In this document: positions 1 to 21,170 of the stretch, one piece after another
How positions within the stretch are numbered: the stretch's first letter is position 1
How the letters are laid out: every line of letters begins with the position of its first letter
Assembly (NCBI RefSeq): GCF_009914755.1
Contig: NC_060947.1
DNA from: the human T2T-CHM13v2.0 reference genome, Homo sapiens
Direction: 5' to 3' (one strand)
DNA: 64,000 nucleotides
Made by a program: the position numbers and the translations under genes
Notes under the pieces: model-generated
Databases searched by the model: none
What the model saw: only the letters and a program-made list of their open reading frames with translations
Told to the model about the DNA's origin: nothing

Positions 1-268
<268 letters not shown>

Positions 269-299
269 ATATTATTTTTATTTTCTATACTGAATTAAA

Positions 300-530
300 C
301 ACATTATGACTCGAACTTCCTTGGCTACTATTGTAGGCTACTATAGGCTACTATTGTAGGCTACTATAGTCTACTATTACCTTCTGGCTTATCAGGTTGC
401 TCACTTACTTCTCAAGGCTAGCTAGGTGCCTGGAATTTCCCTTGAAGGAACTCAAGATTTTCCTTTATTTCCATTCTTCGGTTGGGAAGGCGCATGGCAG
501 GCCCCTAAGAGGGGTCCCTACTCCATCTCA
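300..530 (-). mobile_element. ERV1-type LTR fragment (MER39-like), 5' part
   Basis: Reverse complement reads tgagatggagtagggacccctcttaggggcctgcc...ggaaataaaggaaaatcttgagttccttcaagggaaattccaggcacctagctagcc; family assigned from memory. Confidence 0.6.
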
Positions 531-559
531 AATGAAATTAGATATCCAAGTTCATTTCT

Positions 560-1270
<711 letters not shown>

Positions 1271-1514
1271 TTTTCCCCATTACCCCATGCTTTGCTATAT
1301 AGTGTCTAAAAGTGTTCTTGATCATCGGAAGTAACAATATTCGTCTTTTCTGTGTTTTTCAGCCAAATGCTGGATTATTTTGGTGAATTTTTAGCACCAT
1401 TCTCTGGAGGACACACTAGACAGTCTCCAGAGGAGGATATTAAAAATGGTGAGAACTTTGAAACTTTAACATAGAAGAAACGGATCATGAATTTATATGT
1501 TTAATCTGGAGAAG

Positions 1515-1931
<417 letters not shown>

Positions 1932-2701
1932 TTAGTCATTACTGCTTCCAGTTGTGTTAAGGATAAGTCTGAATTCTGGACCTTCTTTTCTCTTTGAATC
2001 CAGATGGAAATTAAAGTTTTGTCCAAATTCTCAGCAGAAAAGTTGAGCTACCTAGGTGACCTGTGATTTTACTCGTGCTGTACTGACATGGGTACAATGC
2101 TTTGCTAGAAGATATGTTCTGATAAATGCAGATGGCTGGAACATTCAATTGACTCACCTTTAATGTAAAGTACTTAAATGCATTATATTCTTAGATTTTG
2201 TATGTATTAGGTTGAAAACACCACCATCTTCCCTTTTATTAACTGGTCTAAAATAAATTCGGTTTTTTGTTTTGTTTTGTTTTTCTAAGCAACACTAGGG
2301 ATGGGCACATCAACAGATCAGGATAAAACCACAGTGGAATGTGGTTCCAATTCTGTTTTGCTGAATGAACTCTCGATTTTGTGAGTCCTTCTCTGGAGAC
2401 TAGATCCTATTTTTCCAATAGAATAGGTCTTGAATATTTTACTGTGCTGTGGAAGTAGCAAGTCTGCTTTTGAATCTGTCAGTGTGCCTGCCGTGGCTTA
2501 GTGGTACTGTTCTCCTTATGCCAAATGGGGACTCATATCAGCTCCAGCCTCCCAGGCATCTCACACAAACTGTACTATTGATGACCTGCCTTAACAGTCT
2601 AGAGTCCCAGACTACTATCTTTGAGGATCCTCCCCAAACAGTTCATTTAATTTCAGATATTTTATTTAAAGTGGGTTGCACTTTAATCCAGGAATAATTT
2701 A

Positions 2702-3394
<693 letters not shown>

Positions 3395-3633
3395 CCAGAA
3401 TAGAGTCTAGGAGCAGATCCTTTATACATGGAAATTCAGTATGTGATAAAGATTCCATTTAAAATAAGTGATGAAAGAACTCAGTAAATAGCAATTGGAG
3501 AATCAACATTATTTGGAAAACTTAATTAAAATCCTAACAGCATGCTACAGTGAATTCCAGATGAAGTAAAGATCTTAAAAAAAAAAAAAACTTCATAATT
3601 GTGGGAAAGAATAAATATTCTGTCTATGTGCCA

Positions 3634-4671
3634 GGAGAAGTGCAGAACGAAGCGGGGAAAAGCCCCTTATAAAACCACCAGATCTCGTGAGAACTCAGTC
3701 ACTATCATGAGAACAGCAGCATAGGGGTAATCGCCCCCATGATTCAATTACCTTCCACAGGATCCCTCCCACAACACGTGGGGATTATAGGAACTACAAT
3801 TCAAGATGAGATTTTGGTTGGGACAGAGCCTAACCATATCATTCCACCCCTGATCCCTCCCAAATCTCATGTTCTTACATTTCAAAACACAATCATGCCT
3901 TCTCAACAGCCCCCCAAAGTCTTAACTTATTCCAGCATTAACTCAAAAGTGCAAGTCCAAAGTCTCATCTAAGACAAGACAAGTCCCTTCTGCCTGTGAG
4001 CCTGTGAAATGAAAAGAAGGTTAGTTACTTTCTAGATAGAATGGGGGTACAGGAATTGGGTAAATACATCCATGCTAAATGGGAGAAATTGGCCAAAACA
4101 AAGAGGCTACAGGCCCCATGCAAGTCTGAAATCCAATAGGGCAGTCATTAAACCTTAAAGTTCCAAAATGATCTCCTTTGACTTCACGTCTCACATCCAG
4201 GTCATGCTGATGCAAGAGGTGGGCTCCCACTACCTTGGGGAGCTCCATGCCTCTGGCTTTGCAGGGTACAGCCCTACTTCTGGTACCAATTTACTATGTT
4301 AATTCATTTTCACGCTGCTTATAAAGACATATATGAGACTGGGTAATTTATAAAGGAAAGAGGTTTAATTAACTGACACTTCAGCATGGCTGGGGAGGCC
4401 TTAGGAAGCTTACAATAAGGGCAGAAGGGGAAGCAAACATGTCCTTCTTTACATGGCAGCAGCAAGGAGAAATGCTGAGCAAAAGGGGGAAAAGCCCCAT
4501 ACAAAACCATCAGATCTCATGAGAACTCACTCACTATCATAAGAACAACATGGGGGGTAACTGCCCCCATGATTTAATTACCTTCCACTGGGTCCCTCCC
4601 ATGACATGTGAGGATTATGAGAACTACAATTCAAGATGCGATTTGGGTGGGGACACAGCCAAACCATATCA
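3634..4671 (-). mobile_element. THE1D-like MaLR element: complete LTR 4297-4671, internally deleted internal region 3842-4296, truncated second LTR 3634-3841
   Basis: Two copies of aaaaccatcagatctc(g/a)tgagaactca...aaccatatca; internal sequence ttccacccctgatccctcccaaatctcatg... Confidence 0.85.
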
Positions 4672-4913
4672 GTATGGGAGGGTGCAGAGCAAGCAGAAAG
4701 TCCTAGGCTCACCAGAACCAGGGAGGTGATTGAGAAACTGCCTCCTGACAGCCTCTTCCTAGATAGGGAAATGGGCAAGACATGGCTTTGTGACAACTCC
4801 TCACAAGACTTCCTATTTTGCTGTGCTTTTGAGAAGATCAAAGGGTATTCCACCAAGAGTTCCATCAGACTGCGGTTGAGCCTCGCTTAGGTGGCCTATG
4901 TGGAGATATATAA

Positions 4914-5296
<383 letters not shown>

Positions 5297-5389
5297 TGCT
5301 ATACCTAATTTTTTAAGAGTTTTAACATGAATAAATATTGAATTTTATCAAATATCACTTTTTTCTTCTATTGACAGGAACATTTTTTT

Positions 5390-5770
5390 CTCATTGAAAT
5401 TGCTGCTCTGTCTGAAATGCTCTCCTTCCTCCTCAACTTTTCTAAAATCCATTCATCTCTCAATATTCAACTTGCATTTTGCCTCTAGCCTGGAAGCCTT
5501 CTCAGATGTTTCTTCCCCACTTAGGTACCTCTTATCTGTCTCCTCCACAATCTTCACTATACCTCTATCAGAGTATTTACTACACTGTATTATTTAATTT
5601 GTTTTATTTCTCTGTCTTGTCCAGTTAACTTTGAGCTCTTCAAAGCCAGGGGCTGTGTCTTATTCTTTTCTATATCCCTAATACAAGGATTGTCTTATAA
5701 GAATCATGCAACTAATGTTTGTACAATATATTTACTGCTCATTCGTTCAACAAATAGTTATTAATCATCC
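5390..5770 (+). mobile_element. L2 3' fragment
   Basis: aactttgagctcttcaaagccaggggctgtgtcttattc. Confidence 0.5.
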
Positions 5771-6279
5771 TGTGTTCTAGGATTTGTGGGTGAACATGAC
5801 AAAAGAGGGGATGAATAAGCCTGTAGGTGGCAGTATTAGTGACAGCCACTGAGTAGAACTGGAGAAGGAAGAGGCTGACATGAAGATGACCGCCCTAAGT
5901 CTTTTAATTTCTTCTGTTCAGCATATTCCTGTTGGGAAATGAGGGGTAGAATTTGGACAGGTAGAGCTAGTATGTGGGCGCATGGAGCCAGAATTCCAAC
6001 CCAAACCTGAGCCCCAAATCCATGTTCTTTACGACTTGATTCCTCTCTTGCCCTTAGGAATGATTGCACAGTTCTGGCTCTGAAATGCCATAAAGCAGAC
6101 ATCTCAATGAAGGTGAAAGACACTCATCCAGATGCATACATAATAAGCAAATCATCAACCACAGGTAATAACACATAACTGCCAATTTACCTTTTGTGAA
6201 GGCTGGCACTTTTCTAAGGAATGATTTTTTAGAGATTACTTTCCTTTAGGTTACTTACCAGTTAATTGTGTGCCCCTGA

Positions 6280-6627
<348 letters not shown>

Positions 6628-6699
6628 TGAAAGTTATTTTAAATTTGAGATGTCCATTAAAAGAAAACTTTAAAGGAACTGGAATTTGATGAAAGTTAC

Positions 6700-7140
6700 C
6701 TCATAAAGTAATTGAAAGGACTAAAGATGAGAGAATGCATATGAAATAACTTAGCATAGTGACTGACACTAGGTAGGAACTGTAGAGATGTTTGCTTTAG
6801 TCAATTGTGCGCATTTTATTTGAGGTCCCCCTCCTGTGCGACTACACTCCGTTGCATGTCTTGTTTGATACATTATACCTAAGTATTTCATATATGAAGA
6901 TGAAAGGAAGCAAGAATTAGTGGAAAGAATATGGTTTTGGAATAAAAACAGATCTCGGTTTGACTGCTGATTCTGTCATTTCTTGTGTGTCCTATGCAGG
7001 TCACTTACTTTCGCTTAGCTTCAGTTTCCCAATATGAAAAAATAGGGTGAGTAGGAATTACCTTGCATGGTTGTGATGAAGATTAAATGAGATAATGTCT
7101 ATAAATTGTGATGTTTGACACATTATAGCATTATTAATAT
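6700..7140 (+). mobile_element. Two MIR fragments (about 6700-6790 and 6920-7140)
   Basis: gcttcagtttcccaatatgaaaaaataggg...ggttgtgatgaagattaaatgagataatg. Confidence 0.7.
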
Positions 7141-7432
7141 GGCACTGACATAGCAACCTTAGTTGTTATGTGCTTCAATTCTTTTTCAAATAATAAGGGG
7201 CTTCCCTTGTGTTCCTCAGTGGGCTGGAATTTAGTGTGTGGAATATATGGTCCATGGACAAAGCTAACTGGTAAATATAGAGATCAAATCCTTGATGGGT
7301 TATCTTTGATTGCCTCAAGAGCTGGCCAACCCAGATGTATTTTTGTCCTTCAAAAAACAGTAGTGAAGGGTGCAGTAGTGTTCAAGAAACATGAATTCTC
7401 CTTCAAAAAGCAGTAAGATTTCTCTGTATTAA

Positions 7433-7721
<289 letters not shown>

Positions 7722-7844
7722 CATTTTTACTTTTCAAAACTGTTCATTGTATAAGTAAAAAATAGTAATTTGCAAGTGGGCACCTAAATTTGGTGTTCAA
7801 ATGATGTGATTCAGACCAATCTTGCTGAAAACAATTAAAAATGC

Positions 7845-8365
<521 letters not shown>

Positions 8366-8724
8366 TACCTTTCTGAAAGTATGGAAAAGTTGACTAGATA
8401 GTAAGGAGCTACAAGGCAAAATATCTAAGTGAAAGTGAGAACTTGAAAAGAAAAGGGAACACAAACTATCCTTGCACTGAGAATAGTTGTCAAACTCAGC
8501 TCCAGTTTTCATGGCCTTACAAAGCTTCAGTTTCAACTGAATTTGAGCTTCAGTTTTCATGGCCTTACAAAGTGATGGGGACAGAGGTCAAGCAAATCTC
8601 AACAATGTTTAAAGGACTGAAATAGTGTAAAGTTTTTTTTTCTGATTGCAATTCAATTAATCCAGAAACCAATAACAAAAGTGGAAACATTCTATGAATT
8701 TGGAAATTAAGAATTACATTTCTA

Positions 8725-9450
<726 letters not shown>

Positions 9451-9661
9451 AAGATTATCAGGACATCTCAGCAGTGGCATTCCCCTATAATCAAGAACAA
9501 ATACTGAAAATTAAGGGAAATACCTTTGAACTCTATTTATACACAATAATACAAAAATGTTTTATTTTATTTATGACAATAACATTATAGTAATATTTAA
9601 TAGGTCATTTGTCAAATTCGGTATTATTAGAAATCCTTCAGACGCGGTAAATTAGCACTTT

Positions 9662-9677
9662 ACCACTAGATGGCACA
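9662..9677 (+). promoter_or_regulatory. Candidate CTCF site
   Basis: ACCACTAGATGGCACA matches the CTCF core CCACYAGRKGGCRS. Confidence 0.5.
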
Positions 9678-9685
9678 TGACAAAT

Positions 9686-9882
9686 ACAGTTGTCCTGTGT
9701 ATCTGTGGAGGATTGGTTCCAGAACCTCCCACGGTTTCCGAAGTGTGCATATGCTCAAGTCTGATATAAAATGGCGTAGTGTCTGCCTATGTCCTACGGA
9801 TTTCCTCCTGTATAATTTCAAGGATCTCTAGATTACGTATTAGAGCTAAGATAATGTAAATGCCATGTAAATGGTTGTTACG
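9686..9882. mobile_element. MER2 (TcMar-Tigger), left part; continues at 13662-13790
   Basis: cagttgtcctgtgtatctgtggaggattggttccagaacctccc...gctcaagtctgatataaaatggcgtagt. Confidence 0.8.
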
Positions 9883-10231
9883 TAGGCATAACTTGCTGAT
9901 ATCCCAGGTTCAGTTCAATATCCACACCATTGCAATAAAGCAAATATCACAGTAAAGCAAGTCACACAAATGTTTTGATTTCCCAGTGCATACAAAAGGT
10001 ATGTTTATACTGTACCGTAGTCTATTAAATGTGCAATACTACTATGCCTAAAAAAAAGTACATACCGTAACTTAAAAAATACTTTATTGATAAAAATGCT
10101 AACAATCATCTGAGCCTTTAGCGAGACATAATCATTTTGCTGGTGGAAGGTGGGTCTTGCCTGATGTTGATTGCTGATGACTGATCAGGGTGGTGGTTAC
10201 TGAAGGGTGATGTGGCTGTGGCAATATCTTA

Positions 10232-10976
<745 letters not shown>

Positions 10977-11353
10977 CTTCTTTCAAGATTTGAGTCAATC
11001 CTCTGAAACCATGCTGCTGCTTTATCAACTAAGTTTATGGAATATTTTAAATCCTTTGTAATAATGTCAATAATATTCACAGCATCTTCTCCAGGAGAAG
11101 ATACTATCTCAAGAAACCACTTTCTTTACTCATCTGTAAGAAGCAACTCCTCATCCATTCAAGATTTATCATGAGATTGCAACAATTCAGTTACATCTTC
11201 AGGCTCTACTTCTAATTCTAGTTCTCTTGTTATTTCCACCACGTCTACAGGTAACTCCTCTACTGATGTATTGAGCCTCTCAAAGTTATTCATGAGGATT
11301 GGAATCAAGTTCTTCCAAACCCGTGTTAATATGTTGATATTCTCCTCCCATGA

Positions 11354-11682
<329 letters not shown>

Positions 11683-12999
11683 CACAAATGTTCTTAATAG
11701 CATGAATCACAAGTGTTGATAATGGCTTCTAGAATGGTGATTTATTTCCAGAAGGTTTTCAATTGACTTTGCTCAGATTCATCAAAGGATAACTATCTAT
11801 GGCATCTATAAACTTATGAAATTTATTTCTTAAATTATGAGACTTGAAAGTCAAAGTTACTTCTTGATCCATGGGCTGCAAAATGGATATTGTGTTAGCA
11901 GGCATGAACACAACATTCATCTCCTTGGACACCTTCATCAGAGCTCTTGGGTGGATAGGTGCATTGTCATTGAGCAGCAATATTTTGAAAAGAATCTTAT
12001 TTTTTCTGAGCAGTGTGTTTCAATAGTCGGCTTAAAATATTCAGTAAACTATGCTGTAAATAGACGTGATGTCATCCAGGCTTTGTTTTTCCATTTACAG
12101 AGCACAGGCAGAGTGGATGTGGCATAATTCTTCAGAGCCCTAGGGTTATCAGAATGGTAAATGAGCATTGGCTTCAACTTAAAGTCACCAGCTGCATTAA
12201 TCCCTAACAAGAGATCCAGTCTGTCATTTCAAGATTTGAAGCCAGGTATTGATTTATTCTACCTATTAAAGTCCCAGATGACATCTTCTCTTAATAGAAG
12301 GTTGTTACGTCTACACTGAAAATGTGTTCTTCAGTGTAGCTACTTTCATCAATGATCTTAGCTAGATCTTCTGGATAACTTGCTACAGCTTCTCCATCAG
12401 CACTTGCTGCTTCACCTTGCACTTTTATGCTATAGAGACTGCTTCTTTCCTTAAACTTGTGAACCAACCTTTGCTACCTTCAAATTTTCCTTCTACAGCT
12501 TCCTCACCTCTTAGGAGACGAAGGCTAGGGCCTTCACAGAATTGAAGAGAATTAGGGCCTTGCTCTGGATTAGGATTTGGCTTAAAGGAATATTGTGGCT
12601 AGTTTGATCTATCCGGACCACTCAAACTTTGTCTATATCAACAATAAGGCTGTTTCGCTTTCTTATCTTTCGTGTATTGACTGGAGTAGCACTTTTAATT
12701 TCCTTCAAGAGTGTTTCCTTTGTATTCACTATTTGGCTGTTTGGTGCCAGAGCCTTTGCTCTCAGCCTGTCTCGGCTTTTCACATGCCCTTTTCACTAAT
12801 CTTATTCATTTTTAGCTTTAGATTTAGAGTGAGAGATGTGGGAGGACTCTTTCACTCGAACATTTAAAGGTCGTTGTTGGATTATTAATTGGCCTAATTT
12901 CATTATTGTTTTGTCTCAGGGAATAGGAAATCTAGAAGAGAGAGAGAGAGATGGGAAAACAGCAGGGTGGTAGAGCAGTCAGAACACACACAACATTGA

Positions 13000-13374
<375 letters not shown>

Positions 13375-13661
13375 AAGTTCCCCTTTTATATGGGCACAGT
13401 TTATGGCGCCCCCAAATAATTACAATAGTAACATCGAAGATCACTAATCACAGATCATCATAACAGATATAATGATAATGAAAAAGTTTGAAATATAGCA
13501 AGAATTACCAAAATGTGACAGAGACACCAAGTGAGCACATGTTGGAAAAATGGCACCAATAGCCTTGCTAGATGCAGAGTTGCCACAAACATTAAATTTG
13601 TAAAAAATGCAAGATTTACAAAGTGCAATAAAGTGATGTGTAACAAAATGAGGTATGTCTA

Positions 13662-13790
13662 TATGGTATTATTTAGGGAATAATGACACAGAAAAAAAGT
13701 CTATACATGTCCAGTGCAGATGGATTTTTAAAAAATATTTTCAATTTTGAATTCACAGATGAAGAACTCGTGGATATGGAAGACCAGTTG
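13662..13790. mobile_element. MER2, right part
   Basis: ttagggaataatgacacagaaaaaaagtctatacatg...cacagatgaagaactcgtggatatgga. Confidence 0.7.
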
Positions 13791-13925
13791 TGTTCATCCT
13801 CCATCTGGTCAGTATGGAAAGTTCTTTCTCTAACTTAGGAATTACAAACCTGATTATCATTAATTTCAAAATGTATATGAATTTTAACTTTAAATATAAT
13901 TATTGTGCAATAATTCTTTTTCTGA

Positions 13926-16200
<2,275 letters not shown>

Positions 16201-16203
16201 CGT

Positions 16204-16204
<1 letters not shown>

Positions 16205-16248
<44 letters not shown>

Positions 16249-16250
16249 GT
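16205..16250. repeat. (TG)n/(TATG)n microsatellite
   Basis: Seen directly. Confidence 0.95.
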
Positions 16251-16314
16251 CATAGTTTTAGAATTTACTTCTCCAATAACATTACCAATAATACAGATTA
16301 TATTTAAGTTTTCT

Positions 16315-16455
16315 GGTCAGAACCAAATGATGACGTTTGTTAAAAATACAGATTTCTGGGCTTGTCCCTAGCCTGCCAAAACAGAATACTTGGGAATAGG
16401 TCCCTTTAGTCCTCATTTTAAAAAATTAACACTCCAGGTGATTTAGAAGAACTCT
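16315..16455. mobile_element. MER5-like hAT-Charlie fragment
   Basis: ttgttaaaaatacagatttctgggcttgtccctag...aacactccaggtgattt. Confidence 0.55.
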
Positions 16456-17480
16456 GATGTTTGTGATTCAATGATGTGATGAGGAGCTTGAGCTTTAAGT
16501 AAGAAAGGTTGGTATCCTCGTTCTGTTACTTAGTCTTTTCAGGTTCATCACCTGGTACTTAGAAAAGTGCCTGACCTATAATAAATACATAATAAAGGTA
16601 CTGATCTTTTTTTATTATAAGGTACTGAACTGGATTGCCACATATTTCCTATCTGGCAGAAATTAAATTAGTTTTAAAAGCAGTTTATGTAATGATGTAA
16701 TGTTGAAAAGTTGTTCTGAAGTGAATACATTTGTGAAAATAGAAGTAAAAATTTTCTAAAAGCTACACTGTAAAGATAAGTGTGCATGATCAGTTGAGAT
16801 GTACGAATATATGTTTGTATATTTTAACATTATATATGTGTTTCTTTACTTCTTCCACCCATCGGGAGTCCAGTATTTTGGGGCAGATTATGTAACAATT
16901 CTAATGATAACGTTACCCAAAACTGATGAAAAAAAGAATAACTTCGACAAAATACTTCTATTTTGCAGCCTGTGCATATTATTACCTTATGAACTTATAA
17001 AGGGAGGATGGACTATTTTTTATTCACTTTTATAATCCCTGTCCCCACCACCATATTTTGACTGTGGTATTACAGGAATACCTCATTTTGTTGCACGACA
17101 CGTATTTGTGGAGTGAATGAATCGTTCTTTCTCTCTTTTTTATTGTAGGAAAAATATGTAACAAAAAATTTCCACTTGATTTTAACTGTACAGTTTGGTA
17201 GCATTGAGCACATTCATATTAGAACAGGGTTCTACCGACAGCATTGTACCAAGTGAGGGAACCAAAAAATTTTCTGCTTTTCATTGTGGAATGTCATTTG
17301 AATCAGAAATCTTCTGGGGACTTTGTTATTTGAATTTCTAACTTTCCTTATTACTTGCCTGGGAGAAAACACATATTGAACAACAAAATGGTAATGTTCA
17401 TCCTCAGAGACTAGACCTTGTCAATGTTCTCTGATGCCTAGTAGGACCACTGCAGGAAAAAAAAAAAAGTTAATGAGACT

Positions 17481-17493
17481 GTTGCTAGGAGAC
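17481..17493. promoter_or_regulatory. RFX X-box-like site; a near-identical copy lies at 18015-18027
   Basis: GTTGCTAGGAGAC and GTTGCTAGGAGGC. Confidence 0.5.
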
Positions 17494-17712
17494 GGGAGAG
17501 CCAAAAGCTCATAGTCTTGTAGGGGTTCCTCTGGAAATCAAGGCAACTTAAGTGTGTTTTGGATTAGAGGTTTAGCTATTAAAATCTGCCCTTTGAAGAG
17601 CATGCACATTTTAGCATATAATGTTTAGTATGATTTCATGTTTTTGGAGAATTTTTGAGGATAATCTCAAGGCATTTCATTTCTTTCCATAGGGATAATC
17701 CCTTTTTTTCAG

Positions 17713-17812
17713 AGTACATCTCATTTCCAAGTGGCTGTTGCGCTGCTGTTTGCCCCCACTCCTTCAGTGCGACAGACAGCCTCAGAGCTGGTGGGGAGAC
17801 AGCATGCCACTG
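17713..17812 (+). other. Probable 100-nt non-coding (5'UTR-type) exon
   Basis: Acceptor ccctttttttcag|, donor CTG|gtaagt; GC-richer island in unique sequence. Confidence 0.55.
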
Positions 17813-19189
17813 GTAAGTAGCTGAGAAATATTTTGTAAAATAGATATCCAGACTAAGATTTTTAAAGCAAGCGACATGTTTTGAGGGAATAGAATAATGC
17901 AAAATTGTGTAGGAATCTCTGATTCTAATCAGCAGCATTGGGAAATGGATTAATTAAATTCTAAATATTCCCTGGTCATTTTTCTAGTTTAAAGCTTGTT
18001 TCTTAAATGATGGAGTTGCTAGGAGGCAATATAGAAACTTTCCCCTTGTGATTCTTGTAAAATATTTCCTAAAATAAGATTTAATGAAGATGTTACTAAA
18101 TTGGAGAATTGCTTTCAGAATTGTACCTCAGCTTTACGATATTTGTATTTGACGTGATGAAATGGGTTATGATTCAAGATGTTCTCAAACCTGGTTTATT
18201 TTCTCAGTGCTGGGAGAGCATAAGAAAAATATTACTTTGCAATGCAGAAAAGGATACGATGCCTCATTTTTTTAAATTAAGAAAGTCGTGTGACGGGATG
18301 TCTGTACTAGAGAGAAAATGAGGAAGAGGGCAGTTTGTAATAATGTTCAGATTGATTGCTTCATGTGAGATATGAAAGTGTATTCAATGAGAAACATTAA
18401 AATTTGACTTTAGGATGAAAAAATCATGAAAAAGTAATAATGAATATTATGATCGTGCTTTCATTGGAAAAAATTAATTTGTATTTTTGGACAGCGATTT
18501 ATACAGTAAAGACAAGAGTGTTCTCGGTGCTTCTTTTTTTGAAAAGGGATGTGAGATGGATAGCAGAGATTCTTATCAACGAAGCTTTAATGTTTGTTTC
18601 TGAAACATTCCTGAAAACAGAGCTTTTGTAGCTCTGTTTCTGCAAGAAAAACGAAAAAAAAAAGTGAAGTGGTGGTTTATTCCTTTGAAATTCAAACTGG
18701 CCCTTGAACGTGAGGAAAAGAAAAATGATAGATAAATAGATTTCGTTTTTGAGTTAGATGACAAAGCAGCAGCAATCAAGGAGGAAAAATAAGAATGAAA
18801 AAGCTTAAAAGAAAGTCCTCAAGATGGGCCATTTTCCCAAGTTGAACATGTCTGCTGGTAGCATGTTTTGCAGAGGGAAAGGGAGAGAACATACTGGAGG
18901 CAAAGGGAGGGGGTGTTGAACAGAGCACTGCGGCAAAGAGAGTGACTGACGCATCCAGGGACATGTGACCATTCTCTGGTGTAGCGAAGAAAATTTGCCA
19001 GGACTCCATCTTGTATAAGACATTCTATACATACTGACATGCAAATAATGCTATAATCTTTCTGTAGTACATAATGAGCTCGTTTTGCGTGATCCTCCAC
19101 TGGTGTATATTGGTATTTTGTCTTTGCTTCTACGCCTTCCTCTCTGTGCTTCCAGTGCTTTTATACACTTACTAAAATATTAAAAATGA

Positions 19190-20035
19190 TGTTTTCCCCT
19201 TTATTATAAAAATATCATAGTCATTGTAGTAAATTTTGAATAATGTAAAGATGATTATAAAAATTACCCATAATCCCGTAACTTAGAGATAATTACTATT
19301 AATCTTATTACTGTCAGTCTCTTTTCTCTGAATATATGCAAATAAATGCATAGAAATATATATTTTATACAAAATGAAGATCACATGTACATACAATTTT
19401 TAGCCTGTTTGATCCATTAAATATATATTGGGAGCAATTCCCCATATTTTAAAATATTCCACAAGAATGTGGTGTTTTGTGGATGTATAATTTTCTATCA
19501 TATAGATGTCCCACTAAATGTCCAATTATTGAATGTTTATATGTGCATTATTTTTGCTGTTATAAATAACTGAAGGAATATCTTTCCATATAAATATCTG
19601 TGTGCTTTTCTGGTTTTTTCTCCCTAGGAAAAATTCGTAGACATGGAATTCCTGGATCAAATGGTATGAAACAATTTAAGGTTTCTTCCCCCCAACACCT
19701 ATCACCTAATTTATTTATTATATGTGGTATAAACATTATTTTCCAGCCATTGTTTTCCTATTAATTTTTACCATTTATGGTGGTGATTTTTTGATATTTT
19801 ACAGTTTTACATGTTAGATTTCCATATCTGACCATTTTAAGTGTTGTGATTTTTTTCTTTCCTTTGATTAGTGTATTCACCTGTATTTTTTTCTAGTTAT
19901 TTAATTGCTTCATTTTTTACAATTAACTCCTTAATCCACCTAGAATTCATTTTGATATATGGTATACAGTAGGATTTAATTTTTTTTCCCCCTAATAGGT
20001 CACCGATTGTTTCAGCATCACTTATTGAATAATCC
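19190..20035 (-). mobile_element. Old L1ME fragments
   Basis: ggaattcctggatcaaatggtatg; taatccacctagaattcattttgatatatggtat. Confidence 0.55.
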
Positions 20036-20859
20036 AACGCAACAACTGTTCTTCCATTAGATAGGGTGTAGCTTTCCACAGGTCGGCCATTTTCTCTTTA
20101 CCCAAGATGGTTACATTTTGCAATGGTACTCCTACCTTCCTGCAGCTTCTGACAGCATACTAGAGCACCATGTTTGTGCTTGTGCGTTTCAAAAATCCTA
20201 GGCACATGCAGATTAGGGCAGTATTTTAAACAGGATTTTTTTTTTCATTTTAAATATGTTAAGTTTGTCACATTCTTGTTGCAAATTAAAATTAAGGAAT
20301 CCAAATATATGAAACCACGGTTTCAGGTGTGCTATTCCTCTTAGGCGCACCTGATATCCCAATTGTGTGTTAAAAAAAAAAATACCCCCGGGGTTAAAGT
20401 TCCTCCTTCAACCTCTTTTTTTTTTTTTTTTTTACTCTTCAGATACTCAAAGAGTTAAAGTTGGCTCGACTCAGTTCTTGGAATTTTCTAGAATGATATA
20501 AGAGGGAAATACAAGAAATGTATGAGGAGTAGAAGTAAATAATGTTTGCCAGCCTGTTGCTGGCCGTAGTCTCATGTAGGGATTTAAAGGAGCTAGGGTG
20601 AGTCCTAACCCATGCCACCACTGCCACTACCTCTTCTAGATAGGGACACACCCCAGTGAGCCACCTCTTTTCACTGCAGGTGTAAGGCTCAAGACATAAG
20701 GCAAGGAGTTTTTTAGTAGGAGATGGGTTAAATATTGCCCAGAGAAATCTGACAATTAAAATCACTTGCTACCTATTACCAACCCTCTCCCGGGCCCCCA
20801 ACGAAGCTTTCTCTCTCTATTGACTTCTGCACCGGGCCTCTTAGCTTTACTGATTCTGG

Positions 20860-21170
20860 GGGGGAAAAAAAAGGGCGGGGGGAGGATGGCGCGTGAGTGG
20901 GAGGCTGCCTTGCCTGCGGTTATTGCAAGGGGCTCCTTTGGCTCACAGCCTCAGTCCCAGTAGTTTCCTGACTTGCCGCATTAGACTGTGTTTTGTTTAT
21001 GAGGAGGCTGGTTTCCCTGGCAATGGCAGCTCGCCAGTGCATGCGCATTTGCTCCACTGCAGTAGCAGAATGCGGCTGTGGGGCCAGGGGAGGGGTCCTG
21101 AGGGCCGCAGTGGCTGGAGTTATTTGGCAGACATGACGTCAGTTTTTCTGAGCTAAACTGCCATCGTTAC
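20860..21170. promoter_or_regulatory. Candidate promoter/enhancer
   Basis: GC box GGGCGGGG 20873; X-box GTTTCCCTGGCAAT 21011; NRF1-like GTGCATGCGCA 21037; perfect CRE TGACGTCA 21134; locally raised GC and CpG. Confidence 0.55.

Noticed and set aside
323-380. Short tandem ggctactat(tgt)a repeats
   Set aside because: Local slippage duplication within an LTR fragment; no sign of function.
1341-1390. Acceptor-like tract followed by a possible tiny exon
   Set aside because: Runs into a decayed L3/CR1-like fragment and has a weak donor.
11759-11980. Transposase-like ORF as a domesticated TIGD gene
   Set aside because: Short fragment; the Tigger1 coding region is broken by stops, frameshifts and Alu insertions.
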